This document shows positions 51,001 through 56,636 of a stretch of DNA of 64,000 bases, piece after piece. This DNA is from a virus. Its lineage: Duplodnaviria; Caudoviricetes. The first letter of the stretch is position 1. Every line of letters starts with the position of its first letter. Position numbers and translations under genes: made by a program. Location of the stretch: the IMG/VR virus record IMGVR_UViG_3300021431_000076, positions 160,001-224,000 of that record; one strand, 5' to 3'. The notes below the pieces were generated by a model. The model did not search any database. It saw only the letters and a program-made list of their open reading frames with translations, and was not told where the DNA came from.

Positions 51001-52707
51001 CGAATAGAAACATTCTCCAATGTGCCAGTAGCTCAGCAGAGATTGATGTTGCAAATGGGTCTTGGTCCAAAAGTTCCTCAAATTCTATTAGAAGAAGAGG
51101 AAAAAGAAAAACAACAAACCAAAGAAGAAAAGAAAGAAAATAATGCAATAGCTCAAGAAGTAAAGAAAGCAAAAGAAGAATCTAAAGATAAAGATGCTAA
51201 ATCTGCTCCTAATGGATTGCAATATACACAAAATGATATTGATTATATACTCAAGAATTCTGATAAATTTGGTGGAGCTAAAACAGAAGAAGATGCTATT
51301 AAGATTCTATCTAAAGATAAGAAATATACAGAAAAACAAGAAGACACTAAGAAGGAAGAAAAGAAAACTGCGACTCAAGAACAAAAAGAAGCGGCTCTTA
51401 AAGAATACCAAAGGCAAGTAGAAACATTCAAGAATGTTCCAATAGCTCAACAAAGACTAATGGCACAAATGGGTATAATTCCTCAAGTACCAGATATACT
51501 AAAAGAAGAAACAGAGCAAAATAAAGAAAATAAAGATGTATTAGAAAAGCAAAAAGAGAAAGCTAAAACAATCACAAAAGAAAAGAAAGACTTAGGACCT
51601 TTTGGAGGTTTTGCTAATTCAATAGATAAACTAGAAGAAGTATTTGGTAGAATCTTTGGTAAAAAGAAGAAATCAAATAAAAAAGATGAAAAGAAAACTG
51701 GATCTGAATCAATAGATAAAGCTCAGAAAGAAGCAAAAGAAGCTAAGAAAGCAGAAGCTTCCATAGATAATAAAATCAATGAGAAAGATGCTCAAGCTAA
51801 GAAAAATAAATATAAAGAATACTTTGATAAGATCAATGATGATACTCCAATAGAAGATGTAAAAGAAATGATCAAAGATATTCCAAAAGATGGTATTTCT
51901 AAAGATAATATTATTGATTGGGATAATGATGATAAGAGTGTAATCAGAGCTAAAGCAAAAGCTCAATTAAAAGCTTATAATATCAAATTAGAAGAAGATG
52001 CTAAGAAGAAAGCCAATGAGAATAAAACTAAAAATGAAGAAATTAAGAAAGATCAAAATTCTATTACTAAAGCTCAAGATGATTCTAAATTTAATTTAGG
52101 ACAAGAAGGTTCTCATGGTGAAGGTCCTAATGGAAAGAAATATACAAACAATGATATAGCATACATACTCAAGAATTCTGATAAATTTGGTGGAGCCAAA
52201 ACAGTAGAAGATGCTATCAAGATACTAGAAAAAGATAAAAAATATACTGAAAAATCAGAAGAGGCTAAAAAAGATGATAAACCATCTCCAGATTCTACCG
52301 ACACTGGTAAAACGGAGAAGGGTGAAACTAAAGAAAACGAAAAATCTAAGGATGGGGTTACTACTTCCACACAAAAGTCTTCTCAAGAGGCTTCTCAGCC
52401 TGTTTCTACTCAAGATAAGCTTGATATATTAATTGCAGCACAAAATAAGACTAATGAACTATTATCTGCTATACTCAATATGGCAACTAAAGCAGTAGAT
52501 GCTAAGCAAACAGATATTAAAGCAGCTGAAAAGAATACAAAAGCAAAAGATAAGAAGAAACTTGATGAAACTGCTGCTATGACTAAATTGAATTATTTCT
52601 ACAATAATTCTATGAAGAATAGTGGTGTAGATACAAGCTTCTTTAATCCTGATTCAGGAGATTTCATAGATATATCTAAACGTATGCAAAATATAGCTTC
52701 AATGTAA
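36097..52707 (+). CDS. Giant tape-measure-like virion protein (5536 aa) with C39-like peptidase, glucosaminidase, tail lysozyme, NlpC/P60, Amidase_2 and M23 domains
   Basis: Helical/Gly-rich N-terminal 3000+ aa. SACGPMAMA..HYV..IKDP (C39-like); AQMMHETG..HNYGG..GYY (glucosaminidase); AIAGIMGNWYAES..GYGLAQWT (phage tail lysozyme); CDCSG..DLVF..HVFVY (NlpC/P60); IIIHHT..IGYHYVI..GAHA..GHRE..CPG (amidase); HHGIDY..YAHL..HLHY (M23). Late promoter GACA-TAGGTG-TA at 36047-36058. The start may be the ATG at 36106. Confidence 0.85.
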   Translation: MIFMASNSIMDYLKNVGESVKFAAIESVTEKTPNLRKVFSENNKKYIQEVYKDVNQHRQELNMIDRIRNATVFKQISVGWDNLKDSIKTGKFKDDSRSTGFDEMEMMFAMMGDDFLGGDSDLIESEMNGEETGSTNEHRVRGIPEITKGDALVATASATATRNAASSISKAIVRSAELTDMTARKSTNLQLRALQQQANILSGGFQQLSSSLHTINQFNEQVVLTHAQNSRMFYEQATQLAQERNAILKEMLEMQRETFGATMRSNLSSDANDLSKMSKIFDKEKGFDLRAYMNLMQKRMKETPIGMVMMSIKMLPMMIGEVVQNPLHYIAKMGIDSIIDNSLKKAIYNIDQSISGMISTGLTKLANYGKDKATKNTLLGQIAGFFGLRDENTRLSAVDTSKYNKEAMQWNGIAQKALVEVIPGHLRRIEAALTGEAERVFDLQSGKWSTMKNVANVEKDIDRKVFKETFSKEKNQLLNMMNFNSREDKRGWINALDNFFKGVKNRGMIDYNHIREKSSEYGDNENIVKAIAYLIHSGGLDSSQIFNLTNKINEGNAKKAAMIRNLNPSNQSLVTEAVNNSYNAKWAAGTGAQYKTITNEDGSTRTYQKADKNGRWTSLPINDLSKLTDTRGYTLYDYQYNIMNLLMDIRSGGGFGSGGGSGRNKRSKQKTIPSTFVPVQTGNPYEYTDEELDDLKTSPNRQHAANLVQKAQAKSESKRLLLHPDKSGLDEEVKLPFSIEDIKNANEEQLAAIISHMNFAGQTSKEYRANKKVDSSGGIFGNLKSAASGLGIDSLDSFMEDMQEATSIADKFNVVGEALRSMTSAPQKILTSVLTEADRFMYEFMFGNPAGTEKDENGQPIEGFFGKVTNEFGKTMNNLNNKFNEWFKDTFKKGAGGIAGFFKGVLEDYFDIDIDKKVENAERHVKKYANKVKKGALSAGADLFGIAKEAVLGTAQDMGIYEPDEEENQSSPPPTTAYRGIRKYDSKYGLGIVGPGEKIISPGRGKVLDNTTGYKGYLLHEGDSVIPSYLNPSNAGRGRVTSQSLESQARNENALKDRYMSGGSIPFVGTFAQGGTVRKKVGGWIDDLIDSENKEDNTPDLDKQKKSRGFFHNFRNWLTGYNEPEFNEDQIKMQEFIKNIVNSATKAAIEANGGMFEDEESKGKSITQAGFEMAGKLRKSKVDLNTNEFQEALKEVLAMSENIKDPDFRDTLQFILNTAGYKGEFDTVDESKKVRRSRRNNLFVGVNQFMDTAFGIDSQKAIKEADKTIRKNLPELAKGGTLGALLSTVLPLGGPLMGALVGAGASVLTNSKSFQSYMFGSEITDKDGNVIDRKNDGIVSRKTVKAIQRYMPDAKKYGITGAIAGLVLPFGPLGGLMLGAGASFLKNNSRFQEFMFGEEGGLINKDRKERIKKALPNIGVATLGTLFLGPFGIVGNAMLGAGLGILSTTESFKRIMLGAKDKNGVRRGGLADIIRRQITDPFKKTMDDAKTRLAAWFKDDLFNPLAKTIKPLARVMTGEVKDIARKAAEFVFGKKGENQKSIFGRLGLKSVDRMLGLVRNAGGLGAFGLQQIGNVIGKGAHWAEKNIGQKMEKRAFRKGYIEGDTTAQERLDRAEELGVNADDANQYALGGLDKTIANISAGPDSKTKLQDLSTAISMMQDHLNGTPQNINRQIVAEKDNIESMSEKAYQDYMRKNPNAKNPHDMHRTIEKFINKMNKIGASDDFDLELSKGEIAKELADSDLPEEVKDQLMAVWEESGSNIDKLRKSKAQLNINGGKDAYNYMERMAANALGYEGELSDEQKERIKKILQNPNALEAITQEQRLNKEKEANDDSVNSQLKKQLDNPADQLITNNQELQINELQVMNTTLSYISNLLAATSQEDKDKIIQEFQKTMDKYNGVAKSEKLQKTIEESKAYANSIAAQKDKDDFNTDIGAGANQKIYNDRKFNRENAYQNDRFVEIINREREEKAYLGENLDKYIESIEPEVWKLVINESTWDKFKRNAKELAKDLSDDITHISQQGYAALLTADLYAQDKVNKAANYVMDNKDEIANAPLVILNGVLDAIAKLGDSGIEQLAQLNAKLHGDFYETKENAITRTLGEFKSFDSLSDDEKAELTGKDKPEPNSIKAMNNTKTTSMVEDNGRVVFGDPNENKKQEENKNQEQPKKDEEPKEEPNALHRIQEGIKEKAKETKDEVKETLKDEVEKIKETTKELVVEPIKDAATKVKDELESLANSIKTTAQVFSKFGNPIENVEKDTHDQIDNKTDKNPPIATYGLPFFDTFAAGGIAAAAASSGGGSLMGSIFKGAVGGALDHFTGGDSKDKKEDSNNTKETQSKSTPQSPDISSNDIKSVGGLISSLVSKSSGGAPDINSKDNISYTSDADGNPIAITKGPDGTPMKVRNKDNAMIEEKHKKEFSFKERSANALEAIAASIGAKAKDAAGTLGKGAAKAGGGLFGGLLDSIGGILNMLCLGLPVGTMLIGALKSLPGKIFKFFGGKLFDKFKDKLPDSISKKIGKMLGRDEDDEDDEDEDDEDDSKSKDKKSKKKKDKKKSKKDKDDEESNSIKSEAKKKKKKNGKKKKKGKKADSVENNENENQQEESNSIKSEAKKKKKKKGKKSKNKKADSADSVENNENENQQEESNSIKSEAKKKKKKKGKKSKNKKADSADSVENNENENQQEESNSIKSEAKKKKKKKGKKKKQQSTKSNNKDSKEESNSIKSEAKKKKKKKKDKKKKSKGSNLVNGGLAALSTAASLIATNDNSLFGSILGFDDEDDEKEDDAKDSDENSEDDDEKEAEKPNHYANIFNNLSKIIDNSDKEEVDIDPYMAIMQSINSILLGDEEEENDEDDDDEEEEEEEEVKSKKKKKKNKKKSKKETNAIKEEAKKKKKKGKKKADSADSVENDENQQEESNSIKSEAKKKKKKKKKGKKSKNKKKKKSKSRSSIANIAESGGAAAAIIDILGPDDEEEEEENDGSNSIKDMIEEADFSTGTEKAKGRKKKGKASEVASKIDEMTNSSKAEQKSAVQMAIGKIKSTLQTVISAVGKWFPGKETATAIDTFCRKIIGKIATEQGEQAIAKAVAKQAASASAGAATMGIGTAVVTIGFAATEFIHGFNNASELFKIAEAVVTFGMRTLAGLVCAIHAALTSIPVVGIAVAIFVDPDKLLEDAIDIIGPAVGITRQDLDNLRKSGQDKIDQDVADAAEQTNLSPSYTDSIKAAAGSAVGMVVQGASSFAGILADKAKDAMSSIGDATGKAMSFAKDTAAGVGNWIKENASKGYQFLSDTASSAWQTAKNYGSKAYDTVASVVSGAKDKFSGLVSSAKSYASNLFGKGKNDQTDNGLFGTGIHSQLDPKIAGMPFNKAGDTEKQTVRDSACGPMAMANALEGLGYSINDTDILKKTLNGKETNGGMPDYVLSEYANRQGASTRNIGTSYQDLKESLMSGNPLVLMGQNNIGETDKDPFAENPHYVTAQGIDKDGYVTIKDPESYNPIKKYKLSDIAKTTTLATEVGKGKFGRSRYGKGPTLDENPPFGSIAAELAKRTGSKHPEFFWAQMMHETGGPENEKKWNAKHPEYGDIHNYGGFTWYSGMGEEYKGPPRPKSEGGYYAKFKSDAEYADMAFRKVYKSYANELAKCNTVEEFAAVLKKHGYYDDTEANYVACLNRWLNQYKGKLGNISGMSISGDASNTSASSNGTSSTGGKFGDNNGQSVAGFFKAISDSSKIIKSSIEAGTKRIFGKGKSKWGREKSNGTGEDIYAYLKSKGLSNQAIAGIMGNWYAESKWKSSLVECKKPPWREISSDTMTIDGNTGYGLAQWTYITRQQKLHEFMKSKGLQDSDYKGQIDFVFSGQDGDINPVIKSMDKMSPEEAAREFLDKYEHKILDTKNTERYHLSERQKAAKEVFEKQGKGMSGVSSLTGSSSGSSSNASADVQDEKETGIFGALAQLAKRVGSIINIFGSGDNGSSGGGSNSIGGGANVTEIADKIIKMANAYANSPITYAMTNPVAVPPAKGSCDCSGMAMSCYKAGGIDITRTADTQYEFFKKHNAIYKGDIKSLQPADLVFTRDSSGQIDHVFVYIGNGKAVNMGQNHRERGNLAGLNSAGGDAVYYNGWEKIQAGIDYHKGGAEFGSLTKLCSALGLGSSSSGGYHGGDKRSKTTRIIIHHTSGSKTSDPDPSAAEINKWHTAPPRNWNCIGYHYVIRKNGSIEKGRNEDEIGAHAEGANNDSIGIHVGGEFMYFKPTEKQIESLIKLIQQLCKKYNIPIDRKHILGHREVGQTDCPGDNLYNQLDSIVAKAAGSGKGKYRFGRGKPNVPSLIEKKSNSFGKGKSKYGRAGYLNSTGNVGFANYDYLKSNTINPPTNNSDYKFTNTDLTQKHLDAALKGETYQSRKDPITGKLLTAKDMETAAKAGVTQNVKKEDIKSLEEWNKAKEEGREVQVSAPENSVIDIAEQGKQESQTNLMDQFFGGVGEKLNAIEQKLAPIKSGILSKLGSVITEKFGKFSNLIGDPLGMFKGFFGSKDNSSSSSADGSHGGGGGTFNGDATAIPATGSAAAALKKALNCEITSQFGPRDGGVHHGIDYGIGTGTPVPTVTDGVIDDIGSQGGAGYGNYVVVKDKKGMYHIYAHLSKNDLAKKGDSVKAGQIIAKSGHSGHCIPDGPNGSHLHYGIYNNPNCAAGDGCINPNSYKIDGLSSSGQGKYGRGKLIKINPVKTKGSDRGGVDTKKYVPKSGRGKFKSTGLEDLDITRTATYPDFPKEAKSPDNNFGISDEMIKQSKFGQGKYGRGFDLNSVLNVLGTIAQFANLNRNPFIVGGGFAGNNAQQKPQNNIKQNQSKKKEVDKKLIAPNGLQYTQNDIDYILKNSDKFGGAKTIDDAIKILEKDKKYTEKQEDTKKQIAPNGLQYTQNDIDYILKNPNLFNGAKTEEDAIKILSKDKKYTEKPKDTKKEEKKTATQEQKETALKEYKKRIETFSNVPVAQQRLMLQMGLGPKVPQILLEEEEKEKQQTKEEKKENNAIAQEVKKAKEESKDKDAKSAPNGLQYTQNDIDYILKNSDKFGGAKTEEDAIKILSKDKKYTEKQEDTKKEEKKTATQEQKEAALKEYQRQVETFKNVPIAQQRLMAQMGIIPQVPDILKEETEQNKENKDVLEKQKEKAKTITKEKKDLGPFGGFANSIDKLEEVFGRIFGKKKKSNKKDEKKTGSESIDKAQKEAKEAKKAEASIDNKINEKDAQAKKNKYKEYFDKINDDTPIEDVKEMIKDIPKDGISKDNIIDWDNDDKSVIRAKAKAQLKAYNIKLEEDAKKKANENKTKNEEIKKDQNSITKAQDDSKFNLGQEGSHGEGPNGKKYTNNDIAYILKNSDKFGGAKTVEDAIKILEKDKKYTEKSEEAKKDDKPSPDSTDTGKTEKGETKENEKSKDGVTTSTQKSSQEASQPVSTQDKLDILIAAQNKTNELLSAILNMATKAVDAKQTDIKAAEKNTKAKDKKKLDETAAMTKLNYFYNNSMKNSGVDTSFFNPDSGDFIDISKRMQNIASM
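43660..45120 (+). repeat. Low-complexity poly-Lys / poly-Asp-Glu region with a 123-bp tandem repeat (..ENENQQEESNSIKSEAKKKKKK..)
   Basis: gattctgtagaaaataatgaaaatgaaaatcaacaagaagaatc recurs at a 123-nt period from ~43867; ESNSIKSEAKKKK occurs about 6 times. Confidence 0.9.
50630..52255 (+). repeat. Four dispersed ~45-aa repeats PNGxxYTxNDIxYILKN..F.GAKT.EDAIKIL.KDKKYTEK
   Basis: Visible at ~50635, 50790, 51205 and 52125. Confidence 0.85.
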
Positions 52708-52714
52708 TCAAATA

Positions 52715-52746
52715 AACCAGTAGGGATTAATCCCTACTGGTTTTTA
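52715..52746 (+). terminator. Intrinsic terminator (same ccagtaggga family as 22491 and 27891)
   Basis: accagtaggga-ttaa-tccctactggt followed by a T run. Confidence 0.85.
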
Positions 52747-52797
52747 AATTTAGCACAAATGTATAATGAGAAGTTTAAAGGAGGAATATATAATACT

Positions 52798-54933
52798 ATG
52801 ATTAGTTATAAAAGACCTACTCCTTATATTATAAAAGGTAGACCTGTAAAGGTATATAGTGAAGCATCAGCAGTAACAGGAAAAGTTATAAATGCATTAC
52901 CTCCAGAAACTACTGTATATGCTGTAGGAGAAGATAATGGTTATATTCAATTATATGAAGATGGTGGATTTATACTTAAAAACAATAATGTTATTTTAGA
53001 TAGGCAAACTATAACTCAAAATGCTATAACAAAGAGAATTCAGGAAGCTAGAAAAAGAAAAATAAGGTCTGCATCTCTTGCTATGCCAGCATCTCCACTT
53101 CAAGGACAAACACTCCAAATTAAAAAAGGAATACAAACTGATGCATATGGTAACCAAATACCATCAGATGTCCAAGGAGGAAGATTTCTAGCATATGATT
53201 CAACAGCATCTGATGGCGGTATAATAGTAAAAGATGCAACTACTGGTTATAAATATAAATTAAGTTCGAATAATATAGATGTAATTTATACAAGTGCTGG
53301 TCAACCAGTAGATCCAGAAAGTCAAGATTATGCACTAAGTCAAGCTGGAGTAGATAAGATATCTGCTGATGTTTATATTAAAAATGCACAATCAGCAGCT
53401 GAATCTAAAGAAGAAGCTACTGCTAAAGCTGTAGAAACGGCTCAAACTCAATCCAGTGCAACCCAATCAAGCGATAATAAATCTAAAAAGAAATCAACTT
53501 TAGGAAGTATACTTGATTCATTAAGAGAAAGTATATCTAGTGCAACATTATTAAGTCTTGTTGGCTATGATCATGATCAAGATAAATCTCAATTCCAAGT
53601 AAATAATACTAGATCTGTATTTGGATTTCCATATCAATTTGAACCTTGGGTTGATAATAGATTAGATGGTAGTATGGATTGGGAACCATTTGGTAGAAAA
53701 TTTTCACAAAAAATAGTAACCAGAGCACCAATATTAATTATGCAAGCAGGTGATCCTAAATTCTTAGCAGGATTTTCTGATCAAGATAGAAAAGGTACAA
53801 TAGAAGGATTGCTCAAAGGCAAAGGAACTACTGCAGATACTATTGCTAATCAAGCTGGTAAATATTATGCATTCTCTGATAGTTCAGTAGAATATTATAG
53901 AGCTGTAAATGATATGTGTAAATCCGTAGCTGCTATGATGGGTGTTGGCGATAGAAAAATAACTGTAAATGGTCATGGTCCTTATCCAACATCTAAATTT
54001 GATTGGAGTGACGCAGCATCTGGTGATGGTGGCTCTCATAACTTTTTTGGGTATTATAGACAAGCAGTGGCATTTTATGTAAATGCAGAACCTACCATGC
54101 AAGATGCTTTTACTAATGGATCTAGACCATCTCAGTTAGCTGGTAAAGTAAATCAATTATCTGATCAAGCTGCAGAACTTCAATTTATATTAGGTGGTGC
54201 TGAAGGTTATGATCCAACTGGATTAGCTGGAGCATTACATAGAGAAAGTAAAGAAGTAGTACAAGGTGCTGGAGCTAAAGATGGATCTGGTAGTACTGGT
54301 ATATTAGGAACTCTTATAGATAGAATAGATACACTTATGTCTGGTGGTAGATTAATCTTTCCAGAGATATGGTCTGATTCACAATATACAAAGAACTATA
54401 ATGTTACTATCAAATTAGACTCTCCAGATTGTGATCCTTTGTCTATTTATCTAAATATATTTGTTCCTCTTATTCATATTATAGCATTTTGTATGCCTAG
54501 ATGGTCTGCACCAAATGCATATGTATCTCCATTCATAGTAAGAGCATATCTAAGGTCTATGTTCCATGTAGATATGGGAATAATTACATCATGTGATATT
54601 ACTAGAGGCACACAACAAGGATGGACTCAAGATGGATTACCGACAGAGGTAACTGTAAATCTTACTATTAAAGATTTATACAATGTATTATCTATGATAT
54701 CTGGTGAACATAGCAATGATGTTATTTCTAATCCAGCACAATTAGATTATCTTGGTAATCTTTGTGGTATTAACGTAGCAGTTCCAGATTTTTCTAGAAC
54801 TCTTACTCTTTGGGCAGCATGTAGAAATCCAACTACAGCGATATCTGAAGCTGTATTAAGACTACAATCTAGAGCAGCTCGTACAGTTAATAGTGCTTGG
54901 CAAAATCTATTCAATTCATATTGGAGAATGTAA
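52798..54933 (+). CDS. Putative baseplate/tail protein with N-terminal SH3-like segment (~711 aa)
   Basis: Follows the tape-measure-like gene. VYSEAS..GKVINALP..TTVYAVGEDNGYIQL is SH3b-like. AAGGAGG RBS precedes MISYK at 52798; the track's ATG at 52759 lies inside the late promoter CACA-AATGTA-TA. Confidence 0.55.
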   Translation: MISYKRPTPYIIKGRPVKVYSEASAVTGKVINALPPETTVYAVGEDNGYIQLYEDGGFILKNNNVILDRQTITQNAITKRIQEARKRKIRSASLAMPASPLQGQTLQIKKGIQTDAYGNQIPSDVQGGRFLAYDSTASDGGIIVKDATTGYKYKLSSNNIDVIYTSAGQPVDPESQDYALSQAGVDKISADVYIKNAQSAAESKEEATAKAVETAQTQSSATQSSDNKSKKKSTLGSILDSLRESISSATLLSLVGYDHDQDKSQFQVNNTRSVFGFPYQFEPWVDNRLDGSMDWEPFGRKFSQKIVTRAPILIMQAGDPKFLAGFSDQDRKGTIEGLLKGKGTTADTIANQAGKYYAFSDSSVEYYRAVNDMCKSVAAMMGVGDRKITVNGHGPYPTSKFDWSDAASGDGGSHNFFGYYRQAVAFYVNAEPTMQDAFTNGSRPSQLAGKVNQLSDQAAELQFILGGAEGYDPTGLAGALHRESKEVVQGAGAKDGSGSTGILGTLIDRIDTLMSGGRLIFPEIWSDSQYTKNYNVTIKLDSPDCDPLSIYLNIFVPLIHIIAFCMPRWSAPNAYVSPFIVRAYLRSMFHVDMGIITSCDITRGTQQGWTQDGLPTEVTVNLTIKDLYNVLSMISGEHSNDVISNPAQLDYLGNLCGINVAVPDFSRTLTLWAACRNPTTAISEAVLRLQSRAARTVNSAWQNLFNSYWRM

Positions 54934-54934
54934 T

Positions 54935-54969
54935 ACCAAGGGAGAATTCTCCCTTGGTAAACTTTTTTT
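54935..54969 (+). terminator. Intrinsic terminator
   Basis: taccaagggag-aatt-ctcccttggta followed by a T run. Confidence 0.8.
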
Positions 54970-55015
54970 CACTTATATACTATTCCTATGAGTATGAGTT
55001 GAAGGAGGAATACAT

Positions 55016-55183
55016 ATGCCATTATTTTTAGCATTCTTAGCAGGAGGATTGTTTGTTTCTATAGCATCAAAGTCTACTAGAAATAATCTTAAAACAGCAA
55101 AAGATGATCTAGATAAAGTTTTAGACGACAGACAAGAATTGCAAGAAAAAGTAGAAGAAATACTAAGACAAAAAGATTTATAA
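55016..55183 (+). CDS. Small membrane-anchored coiled-coil protein (55 aa, MPLFLAFLAGGLFVSIASK...), not in the ORF track
   Basis: Hand translation; early promoter TATACTAT-TCCTA-TGAG at 54976-54992; AAGGAGG RBS; own terminator at ~55191-55221. Confidence 0.65.
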   Translation: MPLFLAFLAGGLFVSIASKSTRNNLKTAKDDLDKVLDDRQELQEKVEEILRQKDL

Positions 55184-55256
55184 AATAAAGATAATACCTG
55201 GAATTTCAGGTATTATTTTTTATCTTATTTTTTACTTATACATAATCAAGAAAGAG

Positions 55257-55985
55257 GTGATAATTATCAAAACTAGAAAACAAAAGAAAAATCTTTATGA
55301 TTCTAAATACTCTCATATTCCTAGAGATTATAATGAGAGATTATCATGGATGTATGACACACTTCATATTACTCCAGACAAAGAGAATTATATTCTTCAA
55401 GCAAGAGATCAATATATTCAAAGTATGGCATTTAGTCCAGAAATATTAGTTATATTATATGAAGAACCAGAAGGTTCTCCAAGACCAAGAGCTAGATTTG
55501 TTAACAAAGGAAATCTATCTGCTAGTGCTAAAGCAAATCCAGGATTTATACAAGTATATTCTATTACTGGTGCTGCAGATAGAAAGTTTATGAAACAATT
55601 TATATCAGATAATGATTTTTTGCAATTAGATCAATTAATATATACTCCATGTAATATAGAATTCGATGCATTCTTTAAAACACCAAATTCATTTAATAAC
55701 ACAGATACATTTTTAGCAGAACTTGGATGTATACGACCGATATCAAAACCAGATTTTGATAATATTGAAAAGAAATATGCTGATATGTATAATGGAAATG
55801 TTTGGATAGATGATGCTCTAGTAGTAGATGCGGTAGTTAGGAAATACTATTCTATTCTTCCTAGAGTTGAGATTCATCTTAGATTTCTAAACATGCTTTA
55901 TAACAAATACCAATACAAATCTATATCTAATAGAGTAGATAGCACTAACGTAAATTATTTCAATACTATATATAAAAAGGAATGA
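55257..55985 (+). CDS. rusA: RusA-family Holliday junction resolvase
   Basis: SPRPR and KPDFDNIEKKYADMYNGNVWIDDALVV..KYYS..PRVEI match the RusA catalytic pattern. Confidence 0.8.
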   Translation: MIIIKTRKQKKNLYDSKYSHIPRDYNERLSWMYDTLHITPDKENYILQARDQYIQSMAFSPEILVILYEEPEGSPRPRARFVNKGNLSASAKANPGFIQVYSITGAADRKFMKQFISDNDFLQLDQLIYTPCNIEFDAFFKTPNSFNNTDTFLAELGCIRPISKPDFDNIEKKYADMYNGNVWIDDALVVDAVVRKYYSILPRVEIHLRFLNMLYNKYQYKSISNRVDSTNVNYFNTIYKKE

Positions 55986-56359
55986 TTTACATGTTAAAAG
56001 TTTATCCATCTGGTTTAGATTTAAATATGAAGAATAATATTCTAACAGCTCAATATATGAAACAAAAACTAACACGAATGGGATATCTAACAACCCAGTC
56101 TATTTATAATACTATAAAGGAGTTCTTTCCTCAGTTTAATGAGAATGCTATAGGATATATGAATACAGAAATAACTATATCATTATCAGGAGAAACTATA
56201 TATCAAATAAGAAGTATATTAGTAGAGTTATTTAATAGATTAAGTAGTAAACTAAGTGGAATAGTTAGTTTAGATGAACAGAATATATTGATCAGTAGGC
56301 CTGAGTTATTTTATACTATTCAAACAGTTAGTCCAAACATATATATAATCAGAATATAA
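55982..56359 (+). CDS. Hypothetical protein (125 aa)
   Basis: ATGA overlap with the rusA-like gene; AAGGA RBS. Confidence 0.6.
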   Translation: MIYMLKVYPSGLDLNMKNNILTAQYMKQKLTRMGYLTTQSIYNTIKEFFPQFNENAIGYMNTEITISLSGETIYQIRSILVELFNRLSSKLSGIVSLDEQNILISRPELFYTIQTVSPNIYIIRI

Positions 56360-56636
56360 GATAAGATTTGGCGAGCCTTATCTTAGTTTTGTTTGACATA
56401 ATGAATCCTCCTAAAATACTCCTTTCATGATGTTTGTTCGTTGTTTCTCCTTTTTCATAAAACTTCCCTAATACACTCCCTAGGTAGAAATACCTAGGGA
56501 GATTCTATGTTTTAGGGAAATTTACTGTGATAGAAGATAGTCAAAAATATGCCAATTTTGGCCATTTAATCTTTTTTTTAGTTATATATTATAGAGGTGA
56601 TTTAGTCATATAATCTATTGAAGGGAGGAATATTTT

